Below, piece after piece: positions 36,586-46,230 of a stretch of DNA of 64,000 bases. Origin of the DNA: an uncultured Verrucomicrobiota bacterium (GTDB lineage: Bacteria; Verrucomicrobiota; Verrucomicrobiia; Limisphaerales; CAIYYI01). The notes below the pieces were generated by a model. It saw nothing but the letters and a program-made list of their open reading frames with translations, searched no databases and had not been told where the DNA came from. The first letter of the stretch is position 1, and each line of letters begins with the position of its first letter. The translations under genes and the position numbers were made by a program. The stretch covers positions 9,689 through 73,688 of the forward strand of contig CAIYYI010000230.1 in the NCBI GenBank assembly GCA_903930345.1, in the 5' to 3' direction.

Positions 36586-37788
36586 TTACTCGCTTAAGGC
36601 GGCGTCCCAATCCTTCCAGACCGGCTCATACCCCAGCCAACGGATTTTCTCGGCCACTTCCTCCGCCGACCGTTCATCGGCAATTTGAAATTGTTCGGTG
36701 GCCTGGGTGGCACCCGCGCTGGCGGGGGCCCACTCGCTGGCACCCGGGGTCAGCTCCATGATCCGTCCGCCCTTGGTGGTGTGGACTTTGTCGTTCCCAG
36801 CGCCGGTGTAACCGCCGGGTTCGGTGTGGCTGCCCGCGCTGATCAGCGTGATGCCCAAGGGTAGCAGGCCGTCGCGCAACTGGGGTTTCTCCCGGGTGGA
36901 GAGCACCAGGCCCACATCCGGGAACATCAGCCGGTAGGCGGCCACCAATTGGACCATTTCCCGGTCGGTCATGTGGGTGAGTGGTTGGAATTCCCCGGCG
37001 CAAGGCCGCAGGCGGGGCAGGGAGATGGTCACCGTCGATTTCCAGCAGTTCCGTTGCAGGTAGGCGGCATGGGCGGCCACGCTCAACGCTTCCCGACGCC
37101 ATTCCGAAAGCCCGTAAAGCGCGCCGATGCCCAGCCGCCGAAATCCGGCTTGGTACGCCCGTTCCGGCGTTTCCATGCGCCAGTCGAAATTCCGTTTGGG
37201 ACCGGAGATGTGCATGTCCGCGTACACCGCCCGATCATAGGTTTCCTGATAGACCACCAGACCTTCCGCCCCGGCTTGCACCAAGGGGCGGTATTCCTCG
37301 GCCTCCATCGGTCCGATTTCCAGCGAGACCGAGGGCATTTCCTCGTGCATCACTCGGATGCAATCCTGCAGGTAGCTGCCGGAAACAAACTTGGGATGTT
37401 CTCCGGCGACCAACAGCAGGTTGCGAAAGCCTTGTGCCTTGATCGCCCGGGCCTCCCGTAGCACCTCATCCAAGCTCAGGGTTACCCGCAGGATGGCATT
37501 ATCCCGGGAGAACCCGCAATACTTGCAGTTGTTGATGCATTCGTTGGAGAGGTAGAGCGGTGCAAACAGCCGGATGACCCGTCCAAAGCGTTGCCGGGTC
37601 AACTGTTGCGATTTCTGGCACAGGGTTTCCAGGCACGCCCCCGCCGCCGGGGAGATCAGCACGGCGAAATCCGCCAAAGTCAGGGAATCTTTGCCCAGAC
37701 AGGCTTGGACGGCGGCCGGGGTGGCCGCCATGCTCTGCCGCACGAGGCTGGCCAGCGGCAGCGCATTGAACTCTGCAACGAAACTCAT
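36586..37788 (-). CDS. thiH: 2-iminoacetate synthase ThiH (radical SAM tyrosine lyase)
   Basis: LFAPLYLSNECINNCKYCGFS, LLVAGEHP, YQETY, ISLPRLRP, LSTRE, SAGSHTEPGGY and QFQIADERS..GYEPVWKDWD. Confidence 0.93.
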   Translation of the reverse strand: MSFVAEFNALPLASLVRQSMAATPAAVQACLGKDSLTLADFAVLISPAAGACLETLCQKSQQLTRQRFGRVIRLFAPLYLSNECINNCKYCGFSRDNAILRVTLSLDEVLREARAIKAQGFRNLLLVAGEHPKFVSGSYLQDCIRVMHEEMPSVSLEIGPMEAEEYRPLVQAGAEGLVVYQETYDRAVYADMHISGPKRNFDWRMETPERAYQAGFRRLGIGALYGLSEWRREALSVAAHAAYLQRNCWKSTVTISLPRLRPCAGEFQPLTHMTDREMVQLVAAYRLMFPDVGLVLSTREKPQLRDGLLPLGITLISAGSHTEPGGYTGAGNDKVHTTKGGRIMELTPGASEWAPASAGATQATEQFQIADERSAEEVAEKIRWLGYEPVWKDWDAALSE

Positions 37789-37842
37789 GCCAACACTTAA
37801 CCACCGGATGCCGGGTAAACCAAGCGGAGAATGGCCCGATTC

Positions 37843-38226
37843 TCAACCGGTTTGCCGACGCAGCCGAGTGAGTTCGACGAAATGCCGGTCATCATGCTCC
37901 AGTTCGAGGTTATAATGCCAGGCGCAGGCAGCCACCAGTAAGTCAGTGACCGGGAAGCGCATTCCCTGTTGCCGCCCCAGATCCGCCAGTGCACAAGCAC
38001 TTTGCCACACCTCATTGGTAATCGGGTAATCGGGGATCTCTTGCTCGAACTCACGCAAGATGCGACGTTCATAGTCGCTGCCGATCCCGGCCCAAAGTTC
38101 CAATCGAATGGGCATGCACCACGCAGCTTGACCGTTTTTGACCAAGTCAAGCAGTCGGGCGCGAATGACCGGATCCCCCTGGCGCCGGAATGCGTGGATC
38201 CAACATCCGGTGTCCACGAGTTTCAT
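37843..38226 (-). CDS. vapC: PIN-domain VapC toxin
   Basis: LVDTGCWI..ELWAG..DLLVAACA..DRHF acidic PIN residues; overlaps the antitoxin stop codon. Confidence 0.9.
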   Translation of the reverse strand: MKLVDTGCWIHAFRRQGDPVIRARLLDLVKNGQAAWCMPIRLELWAGIGSDYERRILREFEQEIPDYPITNEVWQSACALADLGRQQGMRFPVTDLLVAACAWHYNLELEHDDRHFVELTRLRRQTG

Positions 38227-38441
38227 CGGTGGGGAGACTGTTCCTTGTCTTCAAGCGCTTCAACTTCTTCGTTGGTCATAAGCGTATCAAAGGTGCCGAA
38301 ATACCCCACCAGAGAGGCCAGGCGTTGACGGTGGTTATAGTCGGACACGGCGGTGAGGATTGCTTCTCGTTTGGTCTTGGCTTTGGTGTATTTCATCACC
38401 TCCCGCAATTCGTTGTCTGGAATATCCAGGGACGTCTTCAT
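38223..38441 (-). CDS. vapB: VapB-type antitoxin
   Basis: MKTSLDIPDNELREVMKYTKAKTKREAI ribbon-helix-helix-like pattern; ATGA coupling to vapC. Confidence 0.85.
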   Translation of the reverse strand: MKTSLDIPDNELREVMKYTKAKTKREAILTAVSDYNHRQRLASLVGYFGTFDTLMTNEEVEALEDKEQSPHR

Positions 38442-38587
38442 GATTCTAATCAATATCCATTTGTATTCCTTGTCAAGTCGATCTGGAATCCTATTTTCCA
38501 AATACGGTATTCATCGTAATCCGGAATGTTGTGGAAACCGAATTGCATCCCGGCGGCTTCCAGCTATCCTGACTCCCGGTCGCACCG

Positions 38588-39964
38588 ATGCATCCGCAGG
38601 AAGAAACCATTGCCGCCATTGCCACCCCCCTCGGCGAGGGAGGGCTGGCGGTCATTCGGATTTCCGGCGTGGCAGCCCTGGCAGTGGCAGACCGCTGTTT
38701 TCAGCCGCACGGGAAACGTTCACTGGCCCCTTCCCAAGCGCCCAGTCACACGCTCCAATACGGCCACATTCACCAGCAAGGGCGGCTCATTGATGAGGTG
38801 CTGGTGGCGGTCATGCGCGCCCCCCGCACTTACACGTGCGAGGATGTGGTGGAGATTTCCTGCCATGGCGGCCTGCTGCCTGCCCGGATGGTGTTGGAGG
38901 CCGTGTTGCAAGCGGGTGCCCGGCTCGCGCATCCTGGGGAATTCACCCGGCGCGCCTTCCTGCATGGCCGGCTGGACCTGGCCCAGGCCGAAGCCGTGGC
39001 GGATCTGATCCATTCCCGCACGGAGCTATCCCTGGCAGCGGCCCAGGAGCAGTTGGCCGGCCGCTTTTCACAACGCATCAACACCCTGCGCAAGGACCTG
39101 CTGGGCATGCTGGCGCACGTGGAGGCACACATTGATTTTCCCGACGAGGACATCGCGCCCGACACCCGCGACCAATTGTGCCAGCGCCTGACGCGCGGGA
39201 TTGGGTTCATGGATGAGCTGCTGCGCACCGCCCGGGAGGGGCAGTTGCTGCGGCGCGGGGTGCGTGCGGCGATCATCGGCCGCCCCAACGCGGGCAAATC
39301 CAGCCTGCTGAACCTGCTGCTGGGCCATGAGCGGGCCATCGTTTCGCCCATCCCCGGCACCACGCGCGACACAATTGAGGAGACGGCCAACATCCGGGGC
39401 ATTCCGGTCGTTTTCATCGATACCGCCGGCCTGCGCGAGGGGGGGGATGAGATTGAGGTGGAGGGTATCCGGCGCACGCTGGCCAAGGTGGAGCAGGCGG
39501 AGGTATTGCTGCACGTGGTGGATGGAGCAGAGCCGCTTTCCGCGACGGACCGGCAGTACCTGGAAAGCCTGGCCGGGCGGCCCCGGTTGGTGGTTCGCAA
39601 TAAGTCCGATTTGCCCGCTCGGTTCGCGCTGCCGCCGGAGGACCCGGTCCGCTGCGTGCCGGTCTGTTGCACCACGGGCGAGGGGTTGGAGGCGCTGAAG
39701 GACGCGCTCAAGGAAATGGTCTGGGCCGGAGAGATCCGGGCGGAGATGTTGCAGGTGATGGTCAATGCCCGGCATCAGGACGCCCTGCTGCGGGCCCGGG
39801 AGGCCGGGTTGCGCACCCGCGAGGCGCTCTCCGCCGGACTGACGCTCGAACTGGTGGCCATGGACTTGCGCATCGCGGTCAACGCGGTGGGTGAAATCGT
39901 GGGACAGACCAGCACGGAAGACCTGCTGGACACCATCTTCAGCACCTTTTGCATCGGTAAGTGA
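38588..39964 (+). CDS. mnmE: tRNA modification GTPase MnmE
   Basis: TIAAIATP.GEGG, GEFTRRAF, GRPNAGKSSL, GTTRD, DTAGLR, NKSD and C-terminal FCIGK. Confidence 0.97.
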   Translation: MHPQEETIAAIATPLGEGGLAVIRISGVAALAVADRCFQPHGKRSLAPSQAPSHTLQYGHIHQQGRLIDEVLVAVMRAPRTYTCEDVVEISCHGGLLPARMVLEAVLQAGARLAHPGEFTRRAFLHGRLDLAQAEAVADLIHSRTELSLAAAQEQLAGRFSQRINTLRKDLLGMLAHVEAHIDFPDEDIAPDTRDQLCQRLTRGIGFMDELLRTAREGQLLRRGVRAAIIGRPNAGKSSLLNLLLGHERAIVSPIPGTTRDTIEETANIRGIPVVFIDTAGLREGGDEIEVEGIRRTLAKVEQAEVLLHVVDGAEPLSATDRQYLESLAGRPRLVVRNKSDLPARFALPPEDPVRCVPVCCTTGEGLEALKDALKEMVWAGEIRAEMLQVMVNARHQDALLRAREAGLRTREALSAGLTLELVAMDLRIAVNAVGEIVGQTSTEDLLDTIFSTFCIGK

Positions 39965-39973
39965 CGCCGCCGC

Positions 39974-40699
39974 TCACTCGCCCAAGTTGCGTTTCAGCAG
40001 GGCCACCAGTTTGGCGGGGCTCACCACGGTCACAATGCGACCCTTCACGGTCACGAGGTTCTGTTCCCGGAATTTGGCGAGGGTGCGGGAGAACGTCTCG
40101 CTTACCGTGCCGAGTTCGGCCGCCAGGACGCGCTTGGTCATTTTCAGCTCGATCTGGCAGGGCGTGGGACTTTGGGGGTTGGGACAGCGTTTGACCAGCC
40201 AGTTGGCCAGGCGCGTTTCCACATCCTTCAGCGTCAGGTCCTCCAGTTGACCGACCAGCACGCGCAGGTGCATGCTCATGGCTCCCAGCATGCGCAAGGC
40301 CAGCTCCGGTTGGTGCTTGAGCAGGCCCAGAAAGCCGCTCTTCTGCACCAGCAGCACCTGGCTGGGTTCCAGCGCCCGCGCATCGGCCGGATACCCGCTG
40401 GTGGTGGCCAGGGTGGCCTCCGCAAAGGAATCCCCCGTGCGGAACACCTGAATGATCTGTTCCTTGCCGGCCTGGTTCACCCGATGCACATTCACCGAGC
40501 CTTGCTGCACGATGTAAAAGCCGGGCGAAGGTTCCCCTTCCCGAAACAGATACTCGCCCTTCTCCAGCCGGCGCACCACGGTGATGCCCGCCACGTTGTT
40601 GAGATCGGCCTGGGGCAGCCCGGCAAACAACTGGCAGGAGCGCAGGGTGTTGACAAAGGCGGCCTGTTTAAGATCGGCCAGGCTTTTGTTTTCAGTCAT
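39974..40699 (-). CDS. Crp/Fnr-family transcriptional regulator
   Basis: cNMP-binding domain (LFREGE..GDSFAE..YPA) and HTH LAAELGTVSETFSRTL; no FNR-type Cys cluster. Confidence 0.93.
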   Translation of the reverse strand: MTENKSLADLKQAAFVNTLRSCQLFAGLPQADLNNVAGITVVRRLEKGEYLFREGEPSPGFYIVQQGSVNVHRVNQAGKEQIIQVFRTGDSFAEATLATTSGYPADARALEPSQVLLVQKSGFLGLLKHQPELALRMLGAMSMHLRVLVGQLEDLTLKDVETRLANWLVKRCPNPQSPTPCQIELKMTKRVLAAELGTVSETFSRTLAKFREQNLVTVKGRIVTVVSPAKLVALLKRNLGE

Positions 40700-40898
40700 A
40701 GTGTATCGGCCCGATCCGCCGCGTGTTCAACCCGGGGGGCAGGGCGGTTGCCCGCCGCTCGAAGCGATTCTTTTAGGACGGTGCGCCGATGGGACAAACC
40801 TTCACCATTTCCAGGCATTCGTCCAGCCTCCATTCCGCCCATTTCCGGGCAACTGCGATCACGCTTGAATTTCCGGTGCTTTAGGAAACACTCCCGAC

Positions 40899-42740
40899 AT
40901 GGTTGCTGACAAACCGAATCGGAAAGGTGACGTGGTTCCCGGAGTTTTGGGAGTGGAGGGGGGCGGCACCCGCACCTCAGCTTGCTGGCTGCCGCTGGAC
41001 GGTTCGGCCGCGATCACGCGGGAGTTTGGCCCGGCCAACCTGAAGTTGATCAAGGACGCACAATTAGTGCGGTTGTTTCGGTCGCTGGCCCGCGCATTTC
41101 CTGCTCCGCAAGCGGTGGTGGTGGGATTGGCCGGGGCACGCACCCAAGCTGATTGGCAACGCATCGAGAGGACAGCGGGCCGGGTTTGGCCGAAAGTGCC
41201 GGTGCGTGGCACCAATGATTTGGTGACCGCCCTGGCTTCAGCCCAGGCGCAGCATCCGGAGATTTCGCGTCGGATATTGGTGTTAAGTGGCACCGGCTCA
41301 TGTTGTTATGGTCAGGATAAAACGGGCAGAACCTGCCAGGTGGGCGGTTGGGGACATTGGCTGGGGGATCAAGGGAGCGCGTATGCTGTCGGACTGCGAG
41401 CGTTGCGAACGGTTGTGGCCGTGCGCGATTCTTCCGGTCACTGGCCGACCTTGGGTCAGGCACTACTCCGGCAACTCCAATTGAACGAGCCCAACCAGTT
41501 CATCCCGTGGATCCAAACAGCGGAGAAAGCCCAAGTGGCGGCTTTGGCCATGGTGGTGGAAAAACGGGCAGCCAAACGGGATCCTCTGGCGCAAAGCATT
41601 CTGGCGGAGGAGGCTGAGCGGCTAGCCTCCGATGCGGCCGCATGTGCCCTGCGGTTGGGGCCATCCGGGCAACCGGCGGTATTTGTGCTGGCGGGTGGAA
41701 TGATGGTGAAGGGTTCCCGATTTCGGCAGCTTTTTTTGGCCCGGTTACTTCGGAATTGGCCCACGGCTTGCCCGGTGACTCCGGACCAGTCCGGTTCTTA
41801 TGGTGCCGCGTGCCTGGCTCAGGAGTTGTTATCCTCAGCCACCCCCCAACACCAAGGTGAGGTGACACTAGAGGCACCTGCCATCCGGACCTTGGACTTT
41901 TCGTCATCATCCTTATCTTCGCTGCCTCCAACGGAGCAGCGCAACCCACGTTCCAACCGATTGGACCGTATGAGCTTAAATGAAGCGATTGCGTTGATGC
42001 TGACGGAGGAGGATCACGTGGTTGCCGCGCTGCGCGAGCAGGCAACGGTGATTGAAAAAACCATCCAGCGGGTGGTGCGCGCTTTTCGACAGGGAGGGCG
42101 GCTCTTTTACGTGGGAGCCGGCACCAGTGGCCGCTTGGGGATTCTTGATGCCAGCGAATGTCCCCCCACTTTTCGGACCCCTCCGGAGTGGGTTCAGGGG
42201 ATTATCGCCGGGGGGCAACGGGCCATATGGGAGGCCGTGGAGGGCGCGGAGGATGACGTGACCGCCGGGGCGCAGGCGATCATCCACCGGGGAGTGACTG
42301 CGCGGGATGTGGTTGTGGGCATCGCCGCCAGCGGTCGCACGCCGTTCGTGTGGGGCGCCTTGAAACAGGCCGACAAGGTGGGGGCCACCACAGTGCTTTT
42401 GTGTTTTAACCCGCAGCCGCCGCAGCCGAAAGGATGGCGGCCTGATTTGGTGATCGCCGCCAATACGGGTCCAGAAATATTGACCGGATCCACCCGGTTG
42501 AAGGCGGGGACCGCCACCAAGCTGGTGCTGAATATGATCACCACGCTGTCCATGGTGCGGCTGGGCAAAGTGGCGGGCAACTTGATGGTGGATTTGAATC
42601 CTTCCAACACCAAACTGCGGGATCGGGCGGTGCGGATCGTGACGGAACTGACGGGGTGTGCTCCCGCGCCTGCCCGGCAGGCACTGGAGCAGCAGGAGTG
42701 GCGGCTTCAGAGGACGCTGGTGAAATTGGGTTGGAAATAG
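40899..42740 (+). CDS. murQ: BadF/NAGK-type sugar kinase fused to N-acetylmuramic acid 6-phosphate etherase
   Basis: N-half GVEGGGTRT..SGTGS..GGWGHWLGDQGS; C-half TEQRNPRS..GAGTSGRLGILDASECPPTF..GAEDD..GSTRLKAGTATK..NLMVD. Confidence 0.92.
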   Translation: MVADKPNRKGDVVPGVLGVEGGGTRTSACWLPLDGSAAITREFGPANLKLIKDAQLVRLFRSLARAFPAPQAVVVGLAGARTQADWQRIERTAGRVWPKVPVRGTNDLVTALASAQAQHPEISRRILVLSGTGSCCYGQDKTGRTCQVGGWGHWLGDQGSAYAVGLRALRTVVAVRDSSGHWPTLGQALLRQLQLNEPNQFIPWIQTAEKAQVAALAMVVEKRAAKRDPLAQSILAEEAERLASDAAACALRLGPSGQPAVFVLAGGMMVKGSRFRQLFLARLLRNWPTACPVTPDQSGSYGAACLAQELLSSATPQHQGEVTLEAPAIRTLDFSSSSLSSLPPTEQRNPRSNRLDRMSLNEAIALMLTEEDHVVAALREQATVIEKTIQRVVRAFRQGGRLFYVGAGTSGRLGILDASECPPTFRTPPEWVQGIIAGGQRAIWEAVEGAEDDVTAGAQAIIHRGVTARDVVVGIAASGRTPFVWGALKQADKVGATTVLLCFNPQPPQPKGWRPDLVIAANTGPEILTGSTRLKAGTATKLVLNMITTLSMVRLGKVAGNLMVDLNPSNTKLRDRAVRIVTELTGCAPAPARQALEQQEWRLQRTLVKLGWK

Positions 42741-42888
42741 TTTTTCCGCAACATGAGCTTGTATTTTTCGCGGAATTGTAGATATTTACACAAATATCTT
42801 GGCCCTGAGTAACGCTCTGCGACTCAAGTTGAATGCGGGTGTTTACGGTTTTCAGCTCAGGAAATAACGCAGGGCACGCTCGAACATT

Positions 42889-43818
42889 ATGCCATCCAGC
42901 ACAACTCGAAAGGAACCGGTTCGGTTGAAATTTTGGGGCGTCCGTGGTTCCATTCCCACTCCCGGGCCTGAAACCGTGCATTATGGCGGTAATACGGCCT
43001 GCTTGGAGTTTCGCGGGGATGGCGAGTTGATCATTCTGGATGCCGGTTCCGGCATGCGGCCGCTTGGTCTTTCCCTTGCCCGTGAGTTTAAAGGGAAGCC
43101 GATGTCTGTCACCTTGCTGATCACCCATACGCACTGGGATCACATTCAGGGTTTCCCCTTCTTTGTCCCCGCCTACATGCCCCAGAACAGCATTCGCATC
43201 CTCGGCTACGAAGGGGCCAAACATGGCTTGGAGGAAACCTTGTCCGGACAGATGGAGAGCCCGTACTTCCCCATCGGCATGAACCAGATGCCGGGAAACA
43301 TCGTCATTCAGGAGCTGCGGGATTTGCAGTTCAACATCGGGAAAATCAAGATCACGGCCGCCTACATGAATCATCCCGGCATCTGTGTCGGTTACCGCCT
43401 GACCACCAGCGCCGGTTCCATCGTTTACATCCCTGACAACGAGAATTTTGTCCGTTTCAAGGCCCATCCCGGGGCTAACCAGGCGGACACCCAGAGCAAG
43501 GCCGCGATCGAATACGCCCGCAAACAGGAGCAGAAACAAATCGAATTCATTCAGGGGGCAGATATTCTGGTGATTGATTCCCAGTACGATACGCAGGAAT
43601 ACGAATCGCACGTGGGGTGGGGGCACAGTTGTGTGGATGATTCCGTCACCATGGGGATTAAGGGACGGGTGAAGAAGCTGTTTCTTTTTCACCATGACCC
43701 GACGCACAGTGATGAGAAGGTGAGCCAGATGCTCGAACATGCCCGCCAGCTGGTCAAGGCACAGGGTGCCGACCTATGCGTGGATGCTGCGCGTGAATCT
43801 CTGGAAATCGTTTTGTAG
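42889..43818 (+). CDS. Metallo-beta-lactamase-fold hydrolase
   Basis: FWGVRGSIP..YGGNT.C, THTHWDHIQG, NHPG, WGHS and FHHDP. Confidence 0.9.
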   Translation: MPSSTTRKEPVRLKFWGVRGSIPTPGPETVHYGGNTACLEFRGDGELIILDAGSGMRPLGLSLAREFKGKPMSVTLLITHTHWDHIQGFPFFVPAYMPQNSIRILGYEGAKHGLEETLSGQMESPYFPIGMNQMPGNIVIQELRDLQFNIGKIKITAAYMNHPGICVGYRLTTSAGSIVYIPDNENFVRFKAHPGANQADTQSKAAIEYARKQEQKQIEFIQGADILVIDSQYDTQEYESHVGWGHSCVDDSVTMGIKGRVKKLFLFHHDPTHSDEKVSQMLEHARQLVKAQGADLCVDAARESLEIVL

Positions 43819-43922
43819 CCGTAGAGCGCATGCTCAGGCGCACGCCCCAATGGGCGTGTAAGAGGGTGAGGATCGGCAGCCAATGCGCTGTTGGTGCCCA
43901 CGTTCACGGTGTTGCCACCGAC

Positions 43923-45290
43923 ATGAAAACAGTCATCTTGATTGATGAGGATCTGGCCTCCCGCGAGGCCATGGCGGGCTGGCTCACCGACGCCGGTTGG
44001 CGCGTGGTCGTGGCGGAAGACGGCGAGGTGGGTTTGGACCTCATCCAAAGGCACCCGCCAGAACTGGTCGTCTGCGACTTGCTCATGCCCCGCTGCAACG
44101 GCTTTCAACTTTGCCGGACCGTTCGCAAAGATCCCCAGCTCAAGGACAAAACCAAGCTCATTGTCACCACTGCCAGCGGGTATATGACGGACCGGCTCAA
44201 TGCCACCGATGCCGGGGCCAATGAGTGTGTGGTCAAGCCGATCCAGCGGTTGGAGTTTCTGCGGTTGGTGCAGGCGTTAACCACCGGTGAGACCACCCTG
44301 TTGACCCGTAAATCCACGCAGGACAACATCCGTTTTGATCGGCCACCCAATGTTCCGGCACTGCCGCTGGATGATCCTGTGCGGCTCCGTTTCTGGGGCG
44401 TGCGGGGGTCCATTCCCACTCCAGGCCCTGCCACTGTTCGGTACGGTGGTAACACCTCCTGTTTGGAGGTGCGGGCGGATGGCGAAATCATCATTCTGGA
44501 CGCTGGCACCGGCATTGCCCCCTTGGGCGCGCATCTGGCCCAGGAGTTCAAAGGTCGTTCCTTCGATATCTCCATCCTGATTTCGCATACCCATTGGGAT
44601 CACATTCAGGGTTTTCCCTTTTTCGAACCTGCTTATAATCCCGCCAACGGTGTGCGCATCATCGGGTTCAAGGGGGCGCGCGAAGGGCTTGCCTCCACCT
44701 TGTCCAGCCAGATGGAGAGCCCGTTCTTCCCCATCCGCATGCAGCAGATCCCGGCCAATATCTCGGTGGAGGAAATGCGCGATTTGAAGTTCAAGATCGG
44801 GGCTGTGAGTGTGGAGGCCACCTACTTGAACCATCCCGGGCTGTGCATGGGCTACCGTATCAATACCAGTTGCGGCTCCATCGCCTATCTTCCTGACAAT
44901 GAGCCTTATCAGCGCTTCAAGTACCACACCGCTTCCCCTGAAACTGCCAACTCGGTGGAATCCTTGGAATATGCCCGCCGCCAGGATCAACGCATCGTGG
45001 ATTTCATCCAGGGTGCGGACATTCTGGTGATCGATTCCCAGTACGATGCCACGGAGTACCAAACGCGCATCGGGTGGGGGCACGGTTGCGTGGATGATGT
45101 GGTGGCTCTGGCCCTGAGCGCCAAGGTCAAGCGGTTGTTTCTATTCCACCATGATCCCCGGCACAACGACGATTTCATCGACAAAATGGCCGAATGGGGT
45201 TCCAACTTCGTGACCATGCTCGGGGACACCCTGCCGGTGGAGTGCGCCCGTGAGGGCTTGGAGATCATCCTGCCGCGCCCACAGCCGTAA
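43923..45290 (+). CDS. Response-regulator receiver domain fused to an MBL-fold hydrolase
   Basis: REC motifs ILIDED..CDLLMP..KP followed by FWGVRGSIP, SHTHWDHIQG and FHHDP. ATG at 43923. Confidence 0.9.
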   Translation: MKTVILIDEDLASREAMAGWLTDAGWRVVVAEDGEVGLDLIQRHPPELVVCDLLMPRCNGFQLCRTVRKDPQLKDKTKLIVTTASGYMTDRLNATDAGANECVVKPIQRLEFLRLVQALTTGETTLLTRKSTQDNIRFDRPPNVPALPLDDPVRLRFWGVRGSIPTPGPATVRYGGNTSCLEVRADGEIIILDAGTGIAPLGAHLAQEFKGRSFDISILISHTHWDHIQGFPFFEPAYNPANGVRIIGFKGAREGLASTLSSQMESPFFPIRMQQIPANISVEEMRDLKFKIGAVSVEATYLNHPGLCMGYRINTSCGSIAYLPDNEPYQRFKYHTASPETANSVESLEYARRQDQRIVDFIQGADILVIDSQYDATEYQTRIGWGHGCVDDVVALALSAKVKRLFLFHHDPRHNDDFIDKMAEWGSNFVTMLGDTLPVECAREGLEIILPRPQP

Positions 45291-45297
45291 GCACCAT

Positions 45298-46221
45298 TCA
45301 GTTTTCCGCCGTCAGCTTTTCCTGCTTCATCCACTTCAGGGCATTCGTCTGCCAGGAATCCCACATGGGACCCTTGTACCCATTGAGCCCATGGCCACCG
45401 CTGGGCAATTCCAGGTATTGGCTGGGGATGCCTTTTGCCTGCAATGCGGCAAGGAAATTCCGGCTGTTATCGGGTGTCACCACAGTGTCATCCTTCGCGT
45501 GGGTCAGAAAGGCGGGCGGGGTTCTTTGGGTGATTTGCAGTTCGTTGGAGAAGAGTTTTACCAGGGCGGGTGGCGGATTAACTCCCAGCAGGTTGGCGCG
45601 CGATCCCCCATGGGTGTTGGTCCCCATGCTGATCACGGGGTAAACCAGAATCATGAAATCCGGTCGGCAGTTGATCCGTTGAATGGGGTCCGTTGCGGCG
45701 GCGTCTCCGGCGTCAAAGTGAGTGCCGGCGGTGGCCGCGAGGTGGCCTCCGGCGGAAAAACCCATGATGCCGATGCGGTTGGGCTTCAAATTCCATGCTT
45801 TTGACTGGGCGCGGGTGGTGCGGATCGCCCGTTGGGCGTCCAGCAACGGCACCAGATAACGCCCCTTGGGCAGTCGGTACTCCAGCACCACGCCGGTGAT
45901 CCCCTGGCCGTTAAGCCAGCGGGCGATGCCGTGGCCTTCAGCTCCGGTCACCAGTCCGCCGTAGCCTCCGCCCGGGCAAATGACGATGGCGGTGCCATTG
46001 GGGTACTCTGGGTGATGCACGGTGATCCTGGCCGTGTTCGTCTCGGTCTGCCCATTGCCCAAGGGGGCACCCTCCGGCCACAGGGGCAACGGCAGAGGAT
46101 CGGCCGCCTGCCCCACTGCTGAGGCCGCCAGCAGGAGCAGGGCGGCACACAGACCGGTGAGGGTGGCAGTGATTCCGGATGTCTTCAGGGGCGAATTCAG
46201 CATTTCATTCACGGTCTTCAT
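45298..46221 (-). CDS. Alpha/beta hydrolase (carbohydrate-esterase-like)
   Basis: PGGGY oxyanion motif, GFSAGGH nucleophile elbow, DD.V and GGHG. Confidence 0.9.
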   Translation of the reverse strand: MKTVNEMLNSPLKTSGITATLTGLCAALLLLAASAVGQAADPLPLPLWPEGAPLGNGQTETNTARITVHHPEYPNGTAIVICPGGGYGGLVTGAEGHGIARWLNGQGITGVVLEYRLPKGRYLVPLLDAQRAIRTTRAQSKAWNLKPNRIGIMGFSAGGHLAATAGTHFDAGDAAATDPIQRINCRPDFMILVYPVISMGTNTHGGSRANLLGVNPPPALVKLFSNELQITQRTPPAFLTHAKDDTVVTPDNSRNFLAALQAKGIPSQYLELPSGGHGLNGYKGPMWDSWQTNALKWMKQEKLTAEN

Positions 46222-46230
46222 GCGGTGAGA

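Noticed and set aside
36586-37788. HydG (hydrogenase maturase) instead of ThiH
   Set aside because: It is only 400 aa, lacks the C-terminal second Fe-S motif of HydG and ends in the ThiH-typical PVWKDWD.
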